Below, in pieces: positions 37,223 through 47,495 of a stretch of DNA of 64,000 bases. Position numbers and translations under genes: made by a program. How positions within the stretch are numbered: the stretch's first letter is position 1; every line of letters begins with the position of its first letter. Below the pieces are notes generated by a model. That model saw only the letters and a program-made list of their open reading frames with translations, had not been told where the DNA came from and did no database searches. This DNA comes from Laetmonice hystrix (Eukaryota): the NCBI GenBank assembly GCA_965235115.1, contig OZ249440.1, positions 35,962,001 through 36,026,000 of the forward strand. The letters run 5' to 3'.

Positions 37223-37309
37223 GATGCCATGAATGTAGGGGAGGAATTACCTGCCACCCACTCCTCCAATGGTTTCCCTGATAGCGAACCTCCCATCCAG
37301 TCTGTAGAG
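37223..37309 (+). pseudogene. Putative 87-nt phase-0 exon (duplicate of 21567-21951)
   Basis: TAG|GATGCCATG...GTAGAG|GTAAG; DAMNVGEELPATHSSNGFPDSEPPIQSVE. Confidence 0.55.
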
Positions 37310-37638
37310 GTAAGTGATAGCCATTTCTGTTACTATAGATTACTTTTTTTGCTACTTAGGTGGACTGTAATTTTTGTGGCATTAGGCGTTTTATTATGAC
37401 ATGTGTTTATTTTTATTATGACGACATGTGTTTATTTTTATTATGACGTGTTTATTTTTATTATGACATGATACTATGTGATTATATTTTGGTCTTGCGT
37501 AAAGCTGGCAGTAATACTGTTTGCTTATAACATGTAATTGTAATGGTTTGTGGTCGACCCTTTTCATAATATTTGCAAGTATACCCAGTTCCTAGGGGAG
37601 AATGCGAGCTACAATATTCGATTTATTGTCTTTCTAGA

Positions 37639-38049
37639 TGGATGGTGTTGATATCAGGGAGAATTTCGAGGGGGACAAGGTGTGTCCGGTGTGCCACCGT
37701 GGTAGCACTGAGGACTACGCCCTCCCGATAAAGGATGACGTATGGTGACTTCAGTCGACTTGGCGACCCAAACGCGTGGGTGTGTCCTCAGTGTTACGAA
37801 TATATGTCGCCAGACACGGGTGGATATAATGTCGGCCTGGGGTTGTGCCTGGCCGGCAGTCATGTGGTCAGCATTCTCCGGTCGTTTGTGGGAGGAAAAT
37901 CGAGTGAAACTTGTCGATGTTGCCTGTCTCCATGCGGGCAATGTGGGCTGCCTCCAAACCTGAGATGGCACAGGATATCCAACGTGTCTGGGACGTACCG
38001 GCAGTCTTTGCTGATGTGGCGGTCAAGCCTGGCCGCCATTACATTTAAG
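37639..38049 (+). pseudogene. Putative Cys-rich exon, frameshifted
   Basis: TTTCTAG|ATGGAT...AAG|GTATAG; CPVC..CPQC..CRCC..CGQC motifs spread across two frames. Confidence 0.35.
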
Positions 38050-39311
38050 GTATAGGTTGCTACAGCGTACGTTTTGGGCTGCCACAGCCGGGATATTGTG
38101 CGTCAGCAGCTGAAACTTTCAGGGAGTCGATTTATAGAGTATATCTAACTGTTTATGTGTAAGATCCGTGGCATACATGTTTTATTGTGTCATACCAGTG
38201 ATGAGTTGTGCTGCAACTTGCGAGGTTCTGATCTAGGTCCGCCATGTTTGTTTTGATCTGGGGGTCAGTGCTTGATCTGTTGACCTATGATCCTCCTTGA
38301 TATATTTTCAAAGCCAGTAGGCCCAGTTTAATTATACCCACTGTTCATAATTTTATAGCAGGAGTAATACTCCTCCACTACTGATGATTGTTCTTTATTT
38401 CAGAAAGATTAAGGTCACTGATTGACCAATTACATTAGACAAAGGAAACGTTAAACCCTTCGACCCAATCAGCAACCGCCTTACTAAATGTCAACACGAG
38501 CTCCTTTCTCGCGGGCTCCGCCAGGGGGTAGCACAGAATCGACCCGATAAATAGGGCCAGCCTTCGGCAGTGACGCTGCGATTACGACCGACTCGACCTG
38601 GCCGCAACCACGGGAACCGACCCCAGCCGCCTTGGTCCACCCTGCCTGACCGGCAGCCCCCTGACTCCCGACCGACTACCGATCCTGCCTGACCAGCAGT
38701 CCTCCCTGACTCCTGACCCTGCCTGACCGGCGGTCCTCCCCAACTCCCAACCGACAACCATCCCCTCCCGACCAGCCTCCACTCCCGCATATACATCTGG
38801 TATGACTGAGATATAAGTATAACACTGATTCGGACGCTGTTTCTGACTTCATTATAGTATGGTGCTGTTAAGACAGTTTGTAGTTTTATAACTGTGTACT
38901 TATATTATCCGTCCAGAGTCCAGCAGTACGGGCTTGACTATTGTCTTGTTCGTTATAGGGACTAAGACAGTAGTCTAACAATGTGACTATGTTTGCCAGA
39001 GCAGAGGTCTGTGTGGCACCTCCTGTGCATAGGTATTTTTGTGAGATCTGTCATGTCATGTGTAAGTTAACTTAACTTGTCTTAACATCTATACGGCTGT
39101 TACTTTGTGAAAGGTATTTTTCCGATTGGTTTGTTTAAAGTATTTCGTTGCCGTCCAGTTCTTGCCATGTTTTGTTCACTGTATATTTATTCACGGTTAT
39201 TAAAGCATATATTTTTGTACCTCTGTCTTTGAGTTTTGGTCTCTCAAAGTATTAATGCCATCCAGTGATCGAATCTCCCCTTGTCTCCCCGCTTACGAGT
39301 AAAGTACTTAA

Positions 39312-39758
39312 GGCTGAGTTCACATAGGAGTATACGGCACAGGTATACGGTGCACGTTTTACAGGGCACGCGAATAGCTTTAATCATACAATAGGATCTT
39401 ATAATACCGGGTCACATCAGACGGCACTATTCGAAAAGGCGTATAGTATAGTATAGTGGGAATCGTGCGTGTTCGATTTTAGTGCAGCGTATACCTTGGG
39501 GTGCCTGTGTTTAAAAGTTCAGCATTTACACAGTTCTTGATATTTTTTAACTAAATATTCAGATCTAAGGGCCGATATATAGGGGTATTGACTCTGAAAA
39601 TTTCAATGAAATCAGTTCAAGGGGAGGCCAGGGGGGCACCTTTCAATTCATGTCGGGAACTAAGACACTGGCGGGCGTGACTCGCCGTGCCCGTATAGCG
39701 TATAGCGAATACCGAATAGCGAATACCGTATACCGTATACTCCAATGTGAACTCAGCC
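39312..39758. mobile_element. PIF/Harbinger (Tourist-like) MITE
   Basis: TIR GGCTGAGTTCACAT.GGAGTATACGG with 3-bp TSD TAA on both sides. Confidence 0.88.
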
Positions 39759-40021
39759 TAATGAACACAACGAGAAGTACGATTTATGCCCCTTACCCCT
39801 AGTAAAGTAGTGAGAAGAAACGCTACAGCTGCCATGACAAAGTCACTGTGTGAATTCAAGACGGTATTCAATGACTGCCTCATCGTGCCGATGATGCGTT
39901 GGTTGGACTATAACAGTTTCCCCACTGTCAGATGCCCCATCTTCGTGGATGACCTGCACTGGGGAAGAGCTCGCCTGATACAAGCCAGCCAGGCAGCTAC
40001 CCAGCTGGCGGGAGCGAGGCC

Positions 40022-41376
40022 AGACTGTCTTTTATCCCTCACATTAAATCACTCAAATCCAGATGCCTTAAGGCTCTGGATGTTCTCAAGGTTTTATCTG
40101 GCACAAACTGGGGGGCAGACAGTACAGTCCTTTTACAACTGTACAGAGCTTTAATCCGGTCGAAGCTCGATTACGGTAGCATAGTTTATGGTTCTGCTTG
40201 TAAGTCCTACATACGGCTTTTGGACACGGTTCACCACCAGGGTTTGTGGCTTTCACTTGGAGCTTTTAGAACGTCCCCTGTTCAGAGCCTCTATGCGGAG
40301 GCCAGAGAGCCCTCGCTTGAAAACAGGCGTCTGAAGCTGGCTCTGCAGTATGCAGTCAAGCTCGGGACAAACAGTTCAAATCCAGCTTACAGTTGCGTTT
40401 TTCACCATCAGTTCCAACATTTATATGAAAGAAAGGAAACGTACATACGTCCTTTTGGACTGAGAGTGAAACCTCATCTAGAGGAAGTGGATGTTGATCT
40501 GAACGTCCTGGGGCAGACACATTTTTGCAACATTCCTCCTTGGGACCTGGAAAAGCCTAATGTCATTCTTCAGTTGGCTCAACTGAATCTCGCATCTCAG
40601 GGCAAAGGTCCATTTTCTCAGCACAGGCCCCGGCCCTGCTTCTTGCCCTTCAAAATATTGAAGTTTCTGGCAAAAAGGATTTCCTCATTTTCTCGGATTC
40701 CTTATCCTGTCTGCAAGTACTTGCTAACTTGAACACAGATCACCCAGTGATTGTTCAAATCTTGTCCAAGTTGGCAGTGCTTTCCAATGCAAACTTTGAT
40801 ATTCACTTTTGCTGGGTGCCTGGGGCTCTTGACGTCGAACTGTGTCCAATCCCTGCCTCTGATCTCAGACCTACCATCTGGGCTTACGTTAAGAACAAAT
40901 GGCAGGCCGAATGGGGTGAACAAACAAACAATAAATTGTATCAGATCACTCCTATCGTGAACCAAAGGTATCATCACGGCCTGGCCCAACATAAGCATGA
41001 AATTGTTTTTACTCGATGCAGGATTGGTCATTCTAGATTAACCCATGTTTTTATTAAAGGGGGAGCCACCTCCAGAATGTTATGGCTGTCAGTGTCCTTT
41101 GACACTAAAGCATCTTTTGTGGTGATTTTACTCTGATCAGACAACAGTTTTATAGTGAGACAAGATCTGGACAAGCTGGACTTCTGACTCTTTTATAGTT
41201 CAAGCTTGTCGATAGCCCTGTTGGGCTGACAGGATGGAATGTGTTCCAATGATATTCCCGTTGGGGCCCGGGAATAGGTTCCTTTCATTTCATGGTCTTT
41301 TAACCCTGTTTTCGCCGTGAAGATGGCCCGGATGCTGACACGGCGGAAAAACCACCACTACTCAACTCACTCACTC
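40022..41376 (+). mobile_element. Degenerate I-group LINE 3' part with internal deletions, type-B UTR
   Basis: Homology to ORF2 (LDTVHHQG.., WVPG) and an ACTC tail. Confidence 0.9.
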
Positions 41377-41746
41377 CCTAATGGCTGCTACAACTGTGAC
41401 CGCATTTGCCTATGCAAAGTACACTGTGGACGTTCAATTCCGCTGGAATAGCGGTTTAGCATTGGCACACGTGACCATAGCACGAGTCCTGAACGTATGC
41501 GGCTGCTGATGTATGTCAAAGAGACTACTGCAATGTCCTTAGGTCGACATGAATTTGTCAATTGGTGCGGCGGGCAGACCAAGGCTACCTGTGGCATTCA
41601 CCAGCAGTCCCTCCTGATACATGAAGGACCGAACTCCAATGTTGTGTGCTGTCACGATCGTTGCTCTACACCAGTACGTTGGCGCTGTCCACAAGATTTT
41701 CCCATGCTCCAGGGTTTGGTTGGTTTGTGCTTCCGCCACATGAAGG

Positions 41747-41998
41747 TGAGTGAGTGAGTAGTGGTGGTTTTCCGCCGTGCCGGCATCTGGGGCCATCTTC
41801 ACGGCGAAAACAGGGTTAAAAAGACCATGAAATGAAAGGAACCTATTTTATCCCGGGCCCCAACGGGAATATCATTAAAACACACTCCATCCTGTCAGCC
41901 CAACCGGGCCATCGACGAGCCTGAACTATAAAAGAGTCAGAAGTCCAGCTTCTGACAAAAACTCTAAAATCACTCCTGGTCTGACATTGATAAAAAGG
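41747..41998 (-). mobile_element. I-group LINE 3' fragment, type-B UTR
   Basis: Matches 22077-22332. Confidence 0.92.
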
Positions 41999-42864
41999 CC
42001 TTGGCCGCTGTGGAGGAAGTGGCCTTCGTGCAGCCTCGGGACTATGAAGACCATGAAGTTGTGCAAGCTGCACCCATTGAAGTTGATGATGGAGGCGACG
42101 TGGTGCACCACAATGGAGACCAACCCATGGCAGATGTGTTGGCTCCTGGAGACGATCGTGACGAGGATGATGGTCCTGTGTTGTACGGCCCAACACCCGA
42201 GCTTCTAGTGGACAATTTCATCCCACTAGAAACAGGTGGAGATCAGGAGGCTACGTCCTTGGAAGCACAACCTGACACACTATCGATCCACCTCATCCTC
42301 AATAGCCAACTCCGTGTCATGGTCAGACAGATGTTCACTCGGAAACCCAACGTCCAGACTCAGCGATTCCTTCAGCATTTATGTGCTGTGTCTTCTGACA
42401 TTCACATTCCGCTCCTCTACCCAGAAGCTACACTTTTTACAAGCATCTTCTGGTGTGAGGAGATGAGGAGAAGAAGACAATCTGTGGTGCTCTTCCAGCC
42501 ACGATATACAGCTCAATGCGGCACAGGAGACCGTCCAGCACCACCTGCTGGTTCGGCTGCAGGACGACAGTCTTCTGACGTCACATGATCAACTGTAGTG
42601 GACATTCGATGTCCTCGTCAACAACCAGTTGAATTACTCCGCTGTCATTGTACGGAAAGGCCACGAGGGAACCCATATGCAGTGGCGAGAAGGATTGCTG
42701 GCGTTTGATGAGATTGACAGCAGTCGTCAGGTTCAACGTTTGGCGTCCCTCATGCATGATGTTGACGGCTACAATTACTTCTTCACGGCCACCTGCAATG
42801 ACAGCGAGACTTCCGGGGTGCGCCAGGTGCGGCAGGCCATCTACAGGAAGTACGGCCGTGAAGG

Positions 42865-43488
42865 TGAGTGAGTGAGTAGTGGTGGTTTTGCGCCGTGTCG
42901 GCATCCGGGGCCATATTCACGGCGAAATCAGAGTTATAACACCATAAAACCAAAGGAACCTATTTTATCCCGGGTCCCAACGGGAACACCACCAAAACAC
43001 ATCTATAAAAGAGTCAGAAGTCCAGCCTCTGACAAGAACTCTAAAATCACTCCTGGTCTGACATTGCTATAAAGATCCTTAAGACTCGTCTCATTATAAA
43101 ACCTTTGTCTGATGAGAGTAAAATCACCACATTCGAGTAAAAGATGCTTCAGTGTCAAAGGACACTGACAGCCATAACATTCTGGAGGCGGCTCCCCCTT
43201 CAACAAAAACACATGGGTTAATCTAGAATGACCAACTCTGCATCGAGTAAAAACAATTTCATGCCTCCGTTGGGTTAGGCCATGATGATACCTTTGGTTT
43301 ACGATGGGACTGATCTGATACAATTTATTGTTTGGTTGTTCATCCCATTCAGCCTGCCATTTGTTCCTAACATAAGCCCAGATGGTAGGTCTGAGATCAG
43401 AAGCTGGGATTGGACACAGTTCGACGTCTGTTTCAAGAGCCCTCTTGGCAGTTCTGTCAGCTTGCTCATTGCCGGGGATGCCAACATG
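42865..43488 (-). mobile_element. 5'-truncated I-group LINE inside Helitron Rep
   Basis: 12-bp TSD CGGCCGTGAAGG at 42853-42864 and 43489-43500. Removal restores the frame KYGREGVEIQRAL. Confidence 0.93.
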
Positions 43489-44537
43489 CGGCCGTGAAGG
43501 AGTGGAAATCCAGAGGGCGCTGCAGTCATACTGTGGCATCTGCCAGAGGAGCATGTGGTACTTCATGCACTGGATCGAACACAGCCCGCAGGAACCATTT
43601 GGACGCATGAAGAGCGTGTGGTCCCGATACGAGTTCCAGTCTCATGGAGCTCCCAGCAACAAACCACACGTTCATGGCTTCATCAAGGTCACTGGGGAGG
43701 ATGACGCCCAGAAGGTGGAGAGGATCCGCTGTAACATGTCGGCTTTCTTTGCCCCTGAAGCAGGCACTGATAAACAGACACTGATTGACAGCGGGTTTAT
43801 TCGGGATACATCCGAATATGCGTACCTTCAGAAGCTCAGCGAGATGCTGTGTGTGCATGATTGTGCACGTGCGAACAGTCGATGCCACAAAGGACTGAAG
43901 GATGGCTCCACAATGTTTTGAGTACAGAAACATCCACCGTCGTTGCATTACTCATTCAGGGGTCACCCTAACATGTACGATAAAGACGTGGTTGCTGTGC
44001 TTGACAAGATGGGGCTGTCCAACACTGACAATCTTGGCCGACTACGTGCATGTAAAGACCTAATTGGCGGTAGGTGGCTGTATCCTGCAGACAAATATGA
44101 GACTTTTATTCCAACAATCCCGATGTTATTTGTGGTACTGAAGTCATGTACTAATGTACAGTACATCGACCGTCGGTTTCAAGTCTCATACGTTTGCAAG
44201 TATGCTGCTGGTATGGAGGAGCACAAGGAAGCTACCGTCAAACAGTCTAAGGATGGCGAGACAGTGAAGGTGCAAATGGTGTCAAGATCACCGGCCAAGC
44301 CACTTCGTCGTTCAAAACTTTAATATCAGAGGTGCGGAAATGACTTGGTATGCGCTAGGCTTGCCATTCATTGTCTCAGAAACACACATGTTACGACACT
44401 GGCTCCAGAATACAGGGCAGCTGTGATGAGACAGACAAGGTCTACAGTTGTTGATGGGGGAGGTGATGACCCCGTACCTGTTCAGCGTTGTTGCCAGTTT
44501 CCAGCGTGGCGGCAGTTCACGGCCAACCAGGTGGTGG

Positions 44538-45854
44538 AGTGAGTGAGTGAGTAGTGGTGGTTTTGCGCCGTGTCGGCATCCGGGGCCATCTTCACGGCGA
44601 AAACACAGTTAAAAGACCATAAAACCAAAGGAACCTATTTTATCCCGGGTCCCAACGGGAACACCACCAAAACACCTCTATAAAAGAGTCAGAAGTCCAG
44701 CCTCTGACAAAAACTCTAAAATCACTCCTGGTTGTCATTGCTAAAATCACTCCTGGTTGTCATTGCTAAAAAGATAAGACTTGTCTCACTATAAAACCGT
44801 AAAATCACCACACTCAAGTAAAAGATGCTTCAGTGTCAAAGGACATTGACAGCCATGACATTCTCGAGGTGGCTCCCCCTTCAATAAAAACACATGAGTT
44901 AATCTAGAATGACCAACTCTGCATCGAGTAAAAACAATTTCATGCCTACGTTGGGTTAGGCCATGATGATACCTTTGGTTTACCATGGGACTGATCTGAT
45001 ACAACTTATTGTTTGGTTGTTCATCCCATTCGGCCTGCCATTTGTTTTTAACATAAGCCCAGATGGTAGGTCTGAGGTCAGAGGCTGGGATTGGACAGAA
45101 TTCGACGTCTGTTTCAAGAGCCCTCTTGGCAGTTCTGTCTGCTTGCTCATTGCCGGGGATGCCAACATGACCAGGCACCCAGCAAAAGTGAATGTCAAAG
45201 TTTGCATTGGCAAGCATTGCCAACTTGGACAAGATTCGAACGATCACTGGGTGATCTGTGTTCAAGTTAGCAAGAGCTTGCAGACAGGATAAGGAATCCG
45301 AGAAAATAAGGAAATCCTTTTCACTAGAAACTTCAATATTTTCAAGGGCAAGAAGCAGGGCCCGGGCCTCTGCTGAGAAGATGGAACTTTGCCCTGAGAT
45401 GCGGGTGCCGAAGTTGTGCTTGCCATGAACTGCAGGCGCAGACACATCACTGCCATCCTTTGAGCCATCTGTATAGAAGGCATAATGTGAGGGGTACCTT
45501 GCCTGGACGCCAAGAAAATGTTCAAAATATGTCAGGGGATGAGTCTCTGACTTCTTCAGTTGAGCCAACTGAAGGATGACGTCAGGCTTTTCCAGGTCCC
45601 AAGGAGGAATGTTGCAAAAGTGTGTCTGCCCCAGGACGTTCAGATCAATATCCAGTTCCTCTAGATGAGGTTTCACCCTCAGTCCAAAAGGACGTATGTA
45701 CGTTTCCTTTCTTTCATATAAATGTTGGAACTGAGGGTGAAAGACGCAATTGTAAGCTGGATTTGAACTGTTTGTCCTGAGCTTGACTGCATACTGCAGA
45801 GCCAGCTTAAGACGCCTGTTGTAAAGCGAGGGCTCTCTGGCCTCCACATAGAGG
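44538..45854 (-). mobile_element. 5'-truncated I-group LINE with no TSD; sits where most of the Helitron helicase should be
   Basis: ORF 44789-45886 encodes RNase H; type-A UTR and tail. Confidence 0.92.
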
Positions 45855-46000
45855 GAGCCGTGTACGGAACTTGGGTGATATGACATTTGTAGGAGAATTG
45901 ATTGCCACTCTCTGGGGGATGAAGATGCACAGTTGTTGCAGAAGGAAGGAAATATTGGAAGGAAATATTGGCATAGTCATGCAAACATTACAGAGTCTGG

Positions 46001-46384
46001 ATGTACTCGGTCATGCAGACCCAGAGTGTCTATGTCCAGCTACAAACTGACATTCCCAATTACGATGTCGGGTTTGTTTACATGCTTGCCAGCAGCAAAC
46101 ACCCACTCCATGCATACGTTGGTGAAACCAACATCAGGCGCCGGCTGGCACAGCACAATAGCGGACGTGGTGCCCGTTTCACTGAAAATGCAGAGTGTCG
46201 GCCGTGGTGCCTGTATGCCTTGGTTGTGGGGTTCCCTGGGGACGGCAAGTCTGACAAGAACACTAGGGCCCGTTTGAACTTTGAGTATGATTGGCATGTG
46301 GCTATTACACAAATCCCACCACACGTCGGGACACCAATTCCATCTATGCAGCGGGTCTGGAGATCTTTCACCCGTTCCAAATGA
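46001..46384 (+). pseudogene. GIY-YIG (SLX1-like) endonuclease domain
   Basis: GFVYML..AYVGET.NIRRRLAQHNSG.GARFT....RPW.L...V.GF..A.LNFE..W. Confidence 0.85.
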
Positions 46385-46725
46385 CGTGGCATATGGACGA
46401 TTTGCGTTTCCTGCAATGTGGTCATTTAAGGAGGACCATCGTTCCCACCTAGTTGCAGTGAAACCATGTCGCCGTGAAAGTCTCCCTCTGCTGCTGTCGC
46501 CTTTCGTGTCTGCAGTTGTGTGTCTCACTGACCGGAGGGGACGACGAAGTCTCGACGTGTAGCTGTCATCATTCAAGTTTTTCACGTGCCAGTGTCACCG
46601 TCCAAGTCTCGCCCTTCATGTGAGGAGTGGTGTTTCCCGTACACGTGAGGGGTGATTCAAATGTCGCCATCCAAGTCTTCACCTGCTGGGGCCTCTCGCA
46701 AAGGTCTCCACATAGCCTACTGGTC

Positions 46726-46892
46726 CTGCCCTTCATCTAAGCAGTGGTATCTCCCAATCAGGCGAGGGGTCGTCCAAGTATCCTGATACCAGTTTTGCCG
46801 TCCAAGTCTCAACGTGCCAGTGTAGCCAGTTCTGCCCTTCGTCTAAGCAGTGGTGTCTCCCAATCAGGCGAGGGGTCGTTCAAGTTTCCTGA
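46726..46892 (+). repeat. Short tandem duplication (~105-bp period) downstream of the GIY-YIG ORF
   Basis: CTGCCCTTC.TCTAAGCAGTGGT.TCTCCCAATCAGGCGAGGGGTCGT occurs twice. Confidence 0.75.
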
Positions 46893-46954
46893 AAAAGTCT
46901 TCTACCTGAGAAATGAGTTTGGCCAAATTGTTGAACTCGTTGAAGATGAATATT

Positions 46955-47445
46955 CTATAACTGTTTTTAACATAAAGATGACCATTTATGGCTACACGGC
47001 ATAAAAGCTACATTATATCCTTACTTACACAACTGCCATTATCATGATTGGTATTTCCCATTTACGTGAAGTCATCAAACACTCACACGCTTCAACTTTT
47101 CCCTTGGGGACCCTGGATAAAATAGGTCCTGTTCACAATTCAATATTCAATAACTCTGTTTTCACTGTAAAAAAATGACCATCTATGCCTACAGGGCATT
47201 AAAGTAACATGATTTTCTTACTTACAATACTGCTAGTATTAAACCGACATCACTCTGTCAATCGTTCCATTATTACTATAAATCGTTCCATTATTACTAT
47301 AAATGTTATTTGTCACTAACATCAGAAACCGTGAAACCTATTGTTTAATTGGTACTGTTCCCGCAGGCACCCGGAATACAATAGGTCCCATTCACCAGTC
47401 AATATTGTAACTCGGTTTTCACCGTGAAGATGACCATATATGGGT
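46955..47445 (+). repeat. Three old, diverged tandem copies resembling the LINE 3' UTR
   Basis: CCC..GGG.ACCC.GGATA.AATAGGTCC..TAACTC.GTTTTCAC.GT.AA.ATGACC motifs; CTTACTTAC tails on two copies. Confidence 0.6.
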
Positions 47446-47495
47446 CACTTTTTCTATAAATGTACAATTGGCCAAATTCCTGCCTTTCTCACTTC

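Larger units (their letters stand above)
41377..46384 (+). mobile_element. Fragmented Helitron-like RepHel gene with C-terminal GIY-YIG domain (may extend 5' to ~39786)
   Basis: Rep motifs FFTATCND (~42778), YEFQSHG..HVH (~43628) and SYVCKY (~44185); helicase motif-VI-like SRVRNL (45856); GIY-YIG ORF 46001-46384. Interrupted by three LINE copies. Confidence 0.78.

Noticed and set aside
38489..38850. Solo LTR candidate with CCTGACC repeats
   Set aside because: No partner LTR, TSD or clear 3' end could be established.
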